This document shows, in pieces, positions 9,862 through 18,570 of a stretch of 64,000 nucleotides of DNA. Location of the stretch: positions 22,958 to 86,957 of the forward strand of contig CAISGE010000015.1 in assembly GCA_903884815.1 (NCBI GenBank), in the 5' to 3' direction. The notes under the pieces are model-generated. The model searched no databases, had not been told where the DNA came from, and was given only the letters and a program-made list of their open reading frames with translations. The translations under genes were made by a program, and so were the position numbers. Origin of the DNA: Candidatus Omnitrophota bacterium. Its GTDB lineage: Bacteria; Omnitrophota; Omnitrophia; Omnitrophales; Aquincolibacteriaceae. Within the stretch, counting starts at the first letter, position 1, and each line of letters starts with the position of its first letter.

Positions 9862-10233
9862 TTAATCCCACTCGAGCATTTTCTTTTTCCAGGCGTAGAT
9901 CAGGCCGAACGCGAGGATGGCTATAAAAAGGGCCATTTCCACGAAAGCAAAGAGCCCCAGGCGTTTGAAGGCCACGGCCCAGGGATAGATAAAGATTGTT
10001 TCAATGTCAAAAATGACGAAGATCAGGGCGTAAAGGTAATACTGGACGTGATACTGCATCCAGGGATCACCTTTGGAGGCCAGACCGCACTCATAAGTCG
10101 CCTGTTTGTCGGACGAGGGCTTCTTTGGGGCCATAAGCCAGGCCAATGCCAGAGGCGCAACGGCGAAGATCAGGGCAAAAATGAAAAAAAGGCCCACAAA
10201 TAGGTACTGATAGGAATAGGAGGCACTCGACAT
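9862..10233 (-). CDS. nuoA: NADH-quinone oxidoreductase subunit A
   Basis: 123 aa, 3-TM protein. YECGL...YLYALIFVIFDIE motif. First gene of the operon. Confidence 0.85.
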   Translation of the reverse strand: MSSASYSYQYLFVGLFFIFALIFAVAPLALAWLMAPKKPSSDKQATYECGLASKGDPWMQYHVQYYLYALIFVIFDIETIFIYPWAVAFKRLGLFAFVEMALFIAILAFGLIYAWKKKMLEWD

Positions 10234-10293
10234 AGGGCGGGATTATAGGCAAATCCAGGTCGGGTGTCCAGCAAAGAGGCGGTGCCTGGCCAA

Positions 10294-10404
10294 GCGGGAA
10301 ACGTGGAACCGGGAACGTTGAACGTTTAAAAGGACGGAAAAGGGGACTGTCCCCGTTTTACTTTGTTGATTTGTTTTCCGTTTGTCGTTACCCGTTCCCC
10401 GGTT
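10294..10404. repeat. HPE copy 3 with an embedded terminator-like central hairpin
   Basis: GCGGGAAACG TGGAACC GGGAACG TTGAACG, then AAAAGGGGAC-TGT-CCCCGTTTT, then CCGTTTGTCGTTACCCGTTCCCCGGTT. Confidence 0.7.
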
Positions 10405-10409
10405 TTAAT

Positions 10410-10919
10410 TTAAATTGTGCAGCCTTTCGAGGAGGTTATATCGCCAGGGTTGGCGGGTTCTATCGGTTTGAAGACCATTTGGCATTGCCAATTTATATCA
10501 ACGGAACCATCAAATCCGCCGGAATCATAGCTAACATAATCCCCGGTGTGATCGTTTCTTCCCTCGACCTGGAAGGTAGAGCCAGACACGCTCGCATAGT
10601 ACCGGTACTTCCAATTTTTTGATTTATCAATGCCCGTGAGCCCAAGATCCTGCCAACTCGACTCGTTTTTGTCAAAACCCTCGTCCCAAGGATCCGAACA
10701 AACCTCGAAGACATCTCCCGGGAGTATGTAAGTTCCTTGGAAGTCGTAGTATCTTTCTGCGGCGCGTTTAATGGCGCCGACCATTTGAAGGGCTTCGGCG
10801 GCTTTGGCTTTTTCAGTCTGCATGAGCATGCGGGGTACGATGAGTGACGCCAAAATGGCAATAATGACGACCACGATCAATACTTCAACGAGCGTAAAAC
10901 CTCTCTTCGGATTTTTCAC
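10410..10919 (-). CDS. type IV pilin-like protein (prepilin-type N-terminal cleavage/methylation domain), paralog 1
   Basis: Leader VKNPKRG then FTLVEVLIVVVIIAILASLIVPRM. GTG start with an AGGAG RBS 7 nt upstream. C-terminus ends KGCTI like paralog 6. Confidence 0.75.
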   Translation of the reverse strand: MKNPKRGFTLVEVLIVVVIIAILASLIVPRMLMQTEKAKAAEALQMVGAIKRAAERYYDFQGTYILPGDVFEVCSDPWDEGFDKNESSWQDLGLTGIDKSKNWKYRYYASVSGSTFQVEGRNDHTGDYVSYDSGGFDGSVDINWQCQMVFKPIEPANPGDITSSKGCTI

Positions 10920-11012
10920 AAGATTTCTCCTGAGGAATGACGCGAAACCCCTGTCTGGTGATTCGTCATCCACCTGCTAAAACTGTAGCACGAATTCAGA
11001 AAGGGGGGAGAC

Positions 11013-11091
11013 GGGCGGGAAACGTGGAAGGGTGAACGTTGAACGATTGAAAGAAGCGGGTGATGCCTCCGTTAACCGTTCCCCTTTTTTT
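11013..11091. repeat. HPE copy 4 in the divergent region between pilin paralog 1 and the GT-C-like gene
   Basis: GGGCGGGAAACG TGGAAGG GTGAACG TTGAACG ... CCGTTAACCGTTCCCC T7. Confidence 0.7.
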
Positions 11092-11169
11092 ATAAAAGTA
11101 TTCCCCCCGCGGAAGCTCTTGAGTACAATACCCGCGATTTTCTTTTTCTTAAGGTCACGAAAGGCTCTT

Positions 11170-12726
11170 GTGAAAACCCGACATTTGTTTTTATCTTTAA
11201 TGGCTGCTCTGGTTTACGCCTTCGGTCTCACCCCGACTCTCGACCCGGACATGGGGTGGCATTTGGGGACCGGGGAGTGGATTCTCCAACACGGGTTTCC
11301 GAGGACGGATCCTTTTTCCTTCACCGTGGCCGGCCATTTTTGGACTGCTCACGAATGGCTTTCCGAGGTGATCATGCGTCGCCTGTATGGTTTGGGGGGA
11401 TATCCGGCGATGATGATCTCTTTCGCTCTTGTGGGTGTGCTGGTCTTTGGCCTTGTCTACTGGACCTGTCCCCGGAGGCCGTACATTGCCGGGGCCCTTG
11501 CTTTTTTCGCCCTTCTGACGTCCCGTTTTCTCTGGGGTGCCCGCCCGCAGATCTTCAATGTCCTGATGATGGCCGCCTTTCTTCTGCTGATCCAGGGCGT
11601 GAGAATGCGTCGTTTCCACTGGAAGTTCCTCTACACGCTTCCTTTGCTCGTCATGATCTGGGTAAACCTTCACAGCGGGTACCTGCTTGGGCTTGTGGTG
11701 ATGGTCGCTTTTTTGACGGGAGACCTCTTCCAGATCTTTGTACTCCATTCAGAAGAAGGGACCTTGGGAGAAAAAGGTTTGGCGCATTTTTCGGGAATTT
11801 TAATTTTGTGTCTGGCCGCAGTGGGGATGAACCCTACGGGCTATAAGATCCTTCTCTATCCTTTCGAGACCCTTTCCAGCAAGATCATGCAAACGACCAT
11901 TTTGGAGTGGCAGTCGCCGATCTTTCAGCATTGGAACTACTGGCCTTTTCTCGGCGTGATGTCGCTTGGGGCAGCCGCATTTTTACTTTTTCCGCCCAAA
12001 CGCAATATCGCCAATTTTCTGATCTACGCGGGATCCATGGCTATGGGGCTTTTCGCCCGCAGGCACATCCCTTTTTTCGCGGTCGCTGCGATCCCGATGA
12101 TCGCGCTGGCCGTGAGCGAGGGGTTTCCCGTTCCTGCCTGGGTGAACCGGGGGAGTGATGTTGCTCTGACGCAGACCGCAAGAACGTTCCGCTATCTTTT
12201 GAACGTGTTTTTTGCGATGGTCATTTTGGTGGGTGTCTTTTCCTGGACGGGGTATCGCTTGAATCATAATCCATCCGCGATGGAAAAATCATTTCCGGTC
12301 AAGGCGTTCCAATTTATCAAGGGCAATGGGGCTATTGCCCGGCTCAGGATCTATAATGAGTACGTCTGGGGTGGGTACCTGATCTGGAACGGTTTCCCGG
12401 TTTTCATGGATGGGCGCGCGGACCTTTACGGGGGTAAATTCTTTTTCGATTACCTTTTCGCGCATGATCTGCGGGGAGGGGCGGTAGGCATTACGCGCTA
12501 TCTCGACAGCTATGGTGTCGACGGGATCCTCGTTCCTCCGGGAGGAATTTTGGGGAATGCTTTTCTCTCGAATCCGGAATGGCGGCTTGCCTACCGGGAT
12601 TCCACCGCCGTTTTATTTCTTCGCAAGGTGCCTTTTTCCGTACCTCCCGTGACCCAGAGTCCGGAGCGTTTCTATTCGCCGCTGAAAAGTAATAATCTTG
12701 AGGGGCCGAGGCGCCCTCATTCATGA
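11170..12726 (+). CDS. polytopic membrane protein, GT-C-like (unknown function), paralog A
   Basis: GTG start chosen to align with paralog B (24 aa before the DPDMGWHL loop). Many TM helices. C-terminal soluble domain with NEYVWGGYLIWNGFPVFMDGR. Confidence 0.55.
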   Translation: MKTRHLFLSLMAALVYAFGLTPTLDPDMGWHLGTGEWILQHGFPRTDPFSFTVAGHFWTAHEWLSEVIMRRLYGLGGYPAMMISFALVGVLVFGLVYWTCPRRPYIAGALAFFALLTSRFLWGARPQIFNVLMMAAFLLLIQGVRMRRFHWKFLYTLPLLVMIWVNLHSGYLLGLVVMVAFLTGDLFQIFVLHSEEGTLGEKGLAHFSGILILCLAAVGMNPTGYKILLYPFETLSSKIMQTTILEWQSPIFQHWNYWPFLGVMSLGAAAFLLFPPKRNIANFLIYAGSMAMGLFARRHIPFFAVAAIPMIALAVSEGFPVPAWVNRGSDVALTQTARTFRYLLNVFFAMVILVGVFSWTGYRLNHNPSAMEKSFPVKAFQFIKGNGAIARLRIYNEYVWGGYLIWNGFPVFMDGRADLYGGKFFFDYLFAHDLRGGAVGITRYLDSYGVDGILVPPGGILGNAFLSNPEWRLAYRDSTAVLFLRKVPFSVPPVTQSPERFYSPLKSNNLEGPRRPHS

Positions 12727-12741
12727 GATCCCATTAAATCT

Positions 12742-14241
12742 ATGACGAAGCGATCGATCTTATTCCTGTTTTTCGTGACGGTTCTCTTCTGCCTGGGGTT
12801 GGTGGAGACGGTGGATTCGGACCTTTGGTGGCATTTGAAGGTGGGTGAATCCGTTTTTACCCACGGGATCCCTCGCGTGGATATTTTTTCATTTACGGCG
12901 GTGGGGCAGCGTTTCATTGATCAGGAGTGGTTGTCTGAAGTGCTCCTTTATTTGATGAACGCCTGGGCCGGAATGCCGGGGCTGATGATCTCTTTCGCGT
13001 TTCTTTCGGTGATCACGTTTGGATGCGTCTATTTCACACGGGCCGGTCTCCCGCTAGTGGGGATCCCGATGACGATCCTCGCGTGTTATTCCTCCAAATT
13101 TCTATGGCAAGCCCGGCCGCAGATCTTCAATATTCTCATGCTCGCCGCGTTGCTCTGGCTCCTTCAAGGCGTTCGGGACCGGAAAAGATCCTGGAGATGG
13201 CTTTACGTGCTTCCGGTCTTGTCGCTTTTTTGGGTCAATATGCACAGCGGGAACTTGATGGGGATCGTGGTGATGGCTCTGGTGCTTGCCTGCGATGCTT
13301 TCCAGGGGGGAGTGCTTCATTCGCGGGCTGAAGGTATCCTCCGGGGCGTCGAAATCAAACATTTTGCCGTCGTTTTTTCTCTCTCCGTGCTGGCATCTCT
13401 TTGCAATCCGGTGGGGTATAAGATCTTCGTTTTTCCTCTTCAGACCCTAAGCACTAAAGAGATACAGTCTTTTATCATGGAATGGCAGTCCCATGATTTT
13501 CACAATCCGTTCGCGTGGGGATTCCTGGTGATGCTCGTGGCCGGTGCGATGAGCCTCATGTTATTTCCGAAGAGGTTGGACCTGGCCACCGCGTTTCTGT
13601 ATGCCGGCTCCATGGCCGGAGCGCTCATGTCGCGCCGTCATTCGCCTTTCTTTTCCGTGGTTGCGACTCCCGTGATGATCCAGATGATCTCAAGCGGGAT
13701 CACTTCCGCCCGGTGGCGGGCATTTCTCTCTCTTGAATTCAGTTGGAATTTCCCAAGAGGGGTGCGCTATGGGGTCTTTTCGCTTCTCGCGGGTTTGATC
13801 TTCGTCGGTTCCTTTGTCTGGAGCCAGCACAAGATCGCGGGATATCATCGCTCGATCTCGCAGTATTTTCCCGTGAAGGCGGTGGAGTTGCTCAAGGGGA
13901 GAGGGTACTCCCCAAAAAGGGTCCTCAACGAATATGCCTGGGGCGGGTATTTGATCTGGAACGGTTTTCCTGTTTTTATTGACGGGCGCACGGAGGTCTA
14001 TGGCGCGCAATTTTTCAAGGATTATTTGGACACGATGGGTTCAAGGGAGTTCTCACCCAAGGTTCGGGGACAGTTGGACCGTTGGGGGATTGAGTATTGC
14101 CTTCTCAATGCACGAAGCCCGCTGCGCAATGCCTTGAAAATGACCGGCGAGTGGCAGGAAGTGTATCAAGATGGCTTGTCCAGCATCGTGATCCGAAAAC
14201 CTCTTCCGCCGGGTTCTGCGGTCAAGCCGGAGGGAAAATGA
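12742..14241 (+). CDS. polytopic membrane protein, GT-C-like (unknown function), paralog B
   Basis: Clear paralog of the preceding gene. Shared blocks: DSDLWWHL, QEWLSEV, FLWQARPQIFN, HSGNLMG, NEYAWGGYLIWNGFPVFIDGR. Confidence 0.55.
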   Translation: MTKRSILFLFFVTVLFCLGLVETVDSDLWWHLKVGESVFTHGIPRVDIFSFTAVGQRFIDQEWLSEVLLYLMNAWAGMPGLMISFAFLSVITFGCVYFTRAGLPLVGIPMTILACYSSKFLWQARPQIFNILMLAALLWLLQGVRDRKRSWRWLYVLPVLSLFWVNMHSGNLMGIVVMALVLACDAFQGGVLHSRAEGILRGVEIKHFAVVFSLSVLASLCNPVGYKIFVFPLQTLSTKEIQSFIMEWQSHDFHNPFAWGFLVMLVAGAMSLMLFPKRLDLATAFLYAGSMAGALMSRRHSPFFSVVATPVMIQMISSGITSARWRAFLSLEFSWNFPRGVRYGVFSLLAGLIFVGSFVWSQHKIAGYHRSISQYFPVKAVELLKGRGYSPKRVLNEYAWGGYLIWNGFPVFIDGRTEVYGAQFFKDYLDTMGSREFSPKVRGQLDRWGIEYCLLNARSPLRNALKMTGEWQEVYQDGLSSIVIRKPLPPGSAVKPEGK

Positions 14242-14660
14242 GGGTGGTCGAAGTCGGTTGTGCGATCATTCACAAGAACGGACGGATTTTGATCGCGCAG
14301 AGACATTTACAGGATAGTTTCGGAGGCCTCTGGGAATTCCCGGGAGGCAAGCGGGAAGAGGGCGAAACGATCGAGGCGTGTTTGTCCCGTGAAGCCCAGG
14401 AGGAATTGGGCGTGGGAGTTTATCCCGAGCGCTTGCTGTGCCGGAGAGAGCATGGGAATGAGGACCGCAGGATCTCGCTCTTCTTTTTTTTCTGTAAATG
14501 GGAGAACGGGGCGCCACGGGCGATCGATTGCAAGGATTTCCGCTGGGTGGGTCCGGAGGAGATCCGAAGTTATACTTTCCTTCCCGGGGATCTGGAAGTC
14601 GTGGAGGATCTGATCCTTCACTGGGAAGAGTATTTCAAAACGGCGGAAATGGGCCGATAA
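14238..14660 (+). CDS. NUDIX hydrolase (MutT-like)
   Basis: Nudix box GGKREEGETIEACLSREAQEELGV. ATG overlaps the upstream stop (ATGA). Confidence 0.8.
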   Translation: MRVVEVGCAIIHKNGRILIAQRHLQDSFGGLWEFPGGKREEGETIEACLSREAQEELGVGVYPERLLCRREHGNEDRRISLFFFFCKWENGAPRAIDCKDFRWVGPEEIRSYTFLPGDLEVVEDLILHWEEYFKTAEMGR

Positions 14661-14743
14661 TAGGGAAGTCTCTTGCGCTGAGGGACTGGAGATCTGAAAA
14701 GAAACGCGTTCGATATCAAGTGAAAACTGAGTCCCGGAGAAAA

Positions 14744-16591
14744 ATGCCGCTAAGCAAAATGGTGAAAGATCCAAAAAGTTCAGGGGTGTCGCTCAGGAGG
14801 CACGCCTGGCGCCTGCCGCTTCGCTACAAACTAGCGCTTCCGACGCTTGTGCTGATGCTCGGGGTTGTTATCTTTGTTCTTTTTACCACCTTCTCTGTTT
14901 TTCATGAGATGACGGTGAAATACAAGGAGGCGCGTCTCCAGGCGGTCGCCGAGATCTTCGCGGAGACCCTCAAGATTCCGATGGCCGTGGAGGACCAGTC
15001 CTCTCTCCGGGCTTATATCCAGCTGTTGGCCGAGCAGACCGGGGCCGACGAGGTTTGCCTCCGGCGTGCGGACGGAGAGAAGATCAGCGCCGGCCGTTCC
15101 GGGACAACCCACTTCTCCGACATCTCTTACGCTCAGGATTTCTTCGGAGTCAAAAAAGTCGGAGAAGGCGTTTACGCATCGGTGGTCCCCATTCTGAGTG
15201 AGAAAGAGATCCTCGGGCAGCTCATCATTGTTTTTTCGCGAGGCGATTTCGAACGGGAGCTCCGGGAACTTTTTATCGAGAAATTCTTCATCTCTTTCCT
15301 TTTGGTGACGCTGGTGGCGTTCGCCATCGCTGGCTTTACCTGGCTGGCGATGAAACCGCTCACGGCCCTTCAAAAAACGGCACGTAATATTTTGGCCGGG
15401 GATCTTGAGGCGCGCGCCGATATCCATTCCGCGGATGAGATTCAGGAGCTCGGCGAGGCGTTCAATAAAGTGGTCAGCCGCCTTGTGCAAAGCTTTGAAC
15501 ATTTGCGGGCGCGCACGCAGGCCCTTGAGGAATCCGAGGAGAAATACCGTTCGATCGTCAATAACGTGAGCGATATCATTTTTTCGATCACTCCGGAAGG
15601 TGAGCTTTTGATCTTGAATCGCGGGTTCTCCGGGTATTCGCGCGAAGAGATCCTCGCAGAAGGCCTCCCCCTCTTTTTTTCCATGCATGCCCCTGGCGAG
15701 GCGCAGAAATTCCAGGACGCCCTCGAGACGATCATGCGGACCAAGAAACCCGTGGAGCATTTGAGCACCCAGCAGTTCCACCGACTTCACCACGCCGAGA
15801 TCTATTACCAGACCAATCTCACGCCGGTCGTGGATTATGAAGGGAGCCTGCGCTTGATCCAGGGCGTCATGCGCGACGTCACGGACCTGCGGCATGTGGA
15901 AATGATGAAAGAAACCCTGGTCCGCGATGTGGCCCATGAGCTCAAAACCCCCACCGCGAAATTTATCATGACGCTTCCGTGGCTTGAAAAGCAAATGGAA
16001 AACAATTCCGAAAAAGAGAAATTCATGCCGATCATCAAAATGCTCAGCGAGAACGCCGACCGTCTTATGAGGACCATTTCAAGCATCATGGACCTGTCCA
16101 AAGTCGAGTCCGGCATGTCGGATATCCGAAAGCAGGAGATCGATCTCAACGAAGTGTTACGGCTTGTGGTCGATGATATGAGGCCTTTGATCGAACAGCA
16201 TCATCTGAAGCTCGAGACCCGGTTGAGTTCCGGGCCGCTGAAGATGCTCGGTGATCCGGATATGCTTTACCGGGTTTTTGTCAATCTGATCACGAATGCC
16301 GCGAAGTTCACCCCGGACGGGAGCATCACCGTGACGTCCTCGCTCCGCGGAAATGATCTTTGCGCGGAAGTGACGGATACGGGGATCGGGATTGAACCGG
16401 AGAACCTGCAAAAGATCTTCGAAGCGTTTTTCCAAAAAACGCCTTCGACCCTGGGCATAGGGGTCGGGCTGACGATCTCCAAGGAGATCGTGGCGTTGCA
16501 TGAAGGGGAGATCTGGGCCGAAAGCGGCGGTGCGGGCCAGGGGAGTATTTTCAGGGTTATTTTTCCCTCGTATCCGATGTCCGGCAAATAA
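14744..16591 (+). CDS. sensor histidine kinase (TM, HAMP, PAS, HisKA, HATPase)
   Basis: H-box VAHELKTP. HATPase N/G boxes (ITNAAKFT, DTGIGIEPE, GLGVGL). N-terminal TM segment. Start trimmed to ATG after a GGAG RBS. Confidence 0.85.
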   Translation: MPLSKMVKDPKSSGVSLRRHAWRLPLRYKLALPTLVLMLGVVIFVLFTTFSVFHEMTVKYKEARLQAVAEIFAETLKIPMAVEDQSSLRAYIQLLAEQTGADEVCLRRADGEKISAGRSGTTHFSDISYAQDFFGVKKVGEGVYASVVPILSEKEILGQLIIVFSRGDFERELRELFIEKFFISFLLVTLVAFAIAGFTWLAMKPLTALQKTARNILAGDLEARADIHSADEIQELGEAFNKVVSRLVQSFEHLRARTQALEESEEKYRSIVNNVSDIIFSITPEGELLILNRGFSGYSREEILAEGLPLFFSMHAPGEAQKFQDALETIMRTKKPVEHLSTQQFHRLHHAEIYYQTNLTPVVDYEGSLRLIQGVMRDVTDLRHVEMMKETLVRDVAHELKTPTAKFIMTLPWLEKQMENNSEKEKFMPIIKMLSENADRLMRTISSIMDLSKVESGMSDIRKQEIDLNEVLRLVVDDMRPLIEQHHLKLETRLSSGPLKMLGDPDMLYRVFVNLITNAAKFTPDGSITVTSSLRGNDLCAEVTDTGIGIEPENLQKIFEAFFQKTPSTLGIGVGLTISKEIVALHEGEIWAESGGAGQGSIFRVIFPSYPMSGK

Positions 16592-16622
16592 CGAGGATTG
16601 TCTTTTTTATAGGGGAGGCAGC

Positions 16623-16988
16623 ATGAGCAAGAAAATTTTAATCGTCGAGGATGACAGTGATTTTCAGGATATCTATTCTCTCTTTCTCCGGGGGGAGTCC
16701 TATCAGGTGCTGACGGCAGGTAACGGTCAGGAGGGTCTGGAGGCCCTTGAAAAGGAAACGCCCGATCTGATCATCCTGGACCTTATTATGCCCGTGATGG
16801 ATGGAGAAACCTTTTATGTACGCCTCCGCGAACAGTCCAAGTGGAAATCCATCCCGGTTCTTATCGCCAGCGTGAATGACAAGATGCCTGCCCGCATTAC
16901 AGAACTTGGCGGCATTGCCGGCAATCTCAGGAAGCCTTTCCATATCGATACCCTGCTTGGCAAGATCCATGAGTGTTTGAAAGTGTAG
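16623..16988 (+). CDS. response regulator, stand-alone receiver domain
   Basis: MSKKILIVEDD...DLIILDLIMPVMDG receiver motifs. 121 aa with no output domain. Confidence 0.8.
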   Translation: MSKKILIVEDDSDFQDIYSLFLRGESYQVLTAGNGQEGLEALEKETPDLIILDLIMPVMDGETFYVRLREQSKWKSIPVLIASVNDKMPARITELGGIAGNLRKPFHIDTLLGKIHECLKV

Positions 16989-16995
16989 GGCGAGA

Positions 16996-17066
16996 GGCGT
17001 ACGGAGTACGGCACTACGGCTCACGGGATTTTCGCCGTACACCTTACACCGCACTCCTTACGCGGA
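16996..17066. repeat. HPE variant (GGCGTACG GAGTACG GCACTACG GCTCACG ... CGCCGTACACCTTACACCGCACTCCTTACGCG)
   Basis: Read directly after the response-regulator stop. Confidence 0.65.
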
Positions 17067-17164
17067 TAGACAAATCCCGCGCCCTCGGTTATCATGACTT
17101 CGTGTTTTAATTGTGCGCCTTCCGGAGAGTTCCTTGTCCTATCCCAACTTTGCATTTTAAAAGA

Positions 17165-17391
17165 TAAGGGGTAGTTGGGACGGTCCTGATTTATATTTTA
17201 TTTTTCATAATGGTAATCAGGACAGCCCCAATCACAGCTTCACCTTGATTGATTGGAATTGGGACTGCCCCAATTCCAATTTCGTTAAAATTGATAGGTA
17301 TTGGGACTATCCTTGTCTTTGATTTGTTTCTGGAGGGTGACAAGGATTGCCCCAATTTCCGCTTTGCGGAAATTAATAGGAATTGGGACTA
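17165..17391 (+). promoter_or_regulatory. array of at least 6 ATTGGGAC / GCCCCAAT half-sites forming 3-4 inverted-repeat operators plus other hairpins, upstream of the tandem AsnC-like gene
   Basis: Includes TTGGAATTGGGAC-T-GCCCCAATTCCAA, ATTGGGACTATCCTTGTC...GACAAGGATTGCCCCAAT, ATTTCCGC-TTT-GCGGAAAT, and GGAATTGGGACTATGG at the start codon. Confidence 0.5.
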
Positions 17392-18485
17392 TGGATGAGA
17401 AAGATCGTCTTTTATTGACCCATCTTCAGAGCGGGCTCCCGCTAACGCCCCGGCCTTTTGCCACTTGGGCGGCGAAGCTCGGGACAGACAGCGCCGACCT
17501 GCTGGTGCGCATTCAGCGCCTTAAAAAAGAAGGGACTTTGGGGGGGGTGAAGGCGGTTCTCGACGCGCGCATCTTCCATTACCAAAGCGCTTGGGTTGCG
17601 CTACGGTTTGGCACAGAAGATCTCGCGAGCCGCACAGAAGTCCTTTGGCAGCATCCGGGGGTGACCTACGGCTGCGAGAGGGAGCACGAGTTCAACGTCT
17701 GGCTCTTTATTTCGGCTCCCGAGAATCATGATCTTGAGCTTCATGTCCGTTGCCTTGCAAAGATCTCCGGTGCGGAGAAAGTTCTGTTCCTGCCCGTGCG
17801 GCGTGTGTACAAAGGAACGGATCTTCTCAGTTCTCTGGGCCCCGAAACATTTTCTGAGATGGACGAGCGCTTCGAAAAACGTCAGCCGGGTCATGGGGCG
17901 GAGTTGACGACCGAGGACATCGATATGATACGGCGGCTTCAAGAGCCGTTTCCGCTCACGGATGAACCTTATCAAAAGATCGCTGCGGATCTCGGGATCA
18001 CGGAGTTTCAGGCGATTGAGCAGATGAAGTCTCTTGTCGCGAAAAAATGTCTCAAGAGGATTGGAAGTTTCTTGAAACCTGTTGGGCGGATCGGACAGGA
18101 GCATCAAGCTCCTGCCGAAGCCGTGCTGAAGGATTGGCCTTCAGTGAAAGTCCCGGGAGCCGGGAACCTGGTGGTCTGGCAGATCCCCGAGGAAAAACTG
18201 GAGCGAAGCGGGCCCGAGATCGCCGCATTCCGCGAGGTGATTTACGCGGACCGTCGGCCGGCCTATCCGGAATTCCCGTACTCGCTTTATACGACGATCC
18301 GGGCTGAAACACCCGAGGCCCTTGAATTGATCACAAGACGCATGCAGGACCGGATCGGGAAATGGCCGCACCGGGTGATGGTGACGACCCGGGAGCTTAA
18401 GAAAACCGGGATGAAATACTTTCCGAAAGAATTGGACGCGTGGTGGCAGCAAAACCGGCATATAAATGAGACCGCATTTAACTGA
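17392..18485 (+). CDS. tandem AsnC/Lrp-type HTH domain protein (NirDL/AhbAB-like two-repeat architecture)
   Basis: Two repeats with the D..D..LL..LQ..PL...PF...A..LG pattern: DEKDRLLLTHLQSGLPLTPRPFATWAAKLG, then EDIDMIRRLQEPFPLTDEPYQKIAADLG. Confidence 0.55.
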
Positions 18486-18554
18486 GCGCAACGGTCAACG
18501 CTCAACGTGAAACATTTTTTTAATCGTTGTGCGTTGTGCGTCGTGCGTTGAGCC
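18485..18554. repeat. HPE copy between the AsnC-like gene and thiC
   Basis: GAGCGCAACG GTCAACG CTCAACG TG ... CGTTGTG CGTTGTG CGTCGTG CGTTGAGC. Confidence 0.75.
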
Positions 18555-18570
18555 TGCTTTAAGGAGTATC

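Noticed and set aside
10920-10973. Long N-terminal extensions on pilin ORFs in the track (e.g. MDDESPDRGFASFLRRNL..., MPRSKITALIAG... 284 aa).
   Set aside because: The track renders TTG/GTG as M and picks the furthest start. Class III signal peptides are short. Internal ATG/GTG starts preceded by GGAG/AGGAG RBS give canonical 6-10-aa leaders.
10975-11012. Possible sigma-54 (-24 GG / -12 GC) promoter in the conserved pilin upstream element.
   Set aside because: The spacing between GG and GC is 6 nt rather than 10. The element fits an extended -10 sigma-70-type promoter (TGCTATAGT) better.
17086-17098. Repeated GGTTATCATGACT (17086) and GGCTATCATGACT (27148) considered as another repeat family.
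   Set aside because: Only two copies. They are more simply read as -10-like promoter hexamers (TATCAT) of the adjacent genes.
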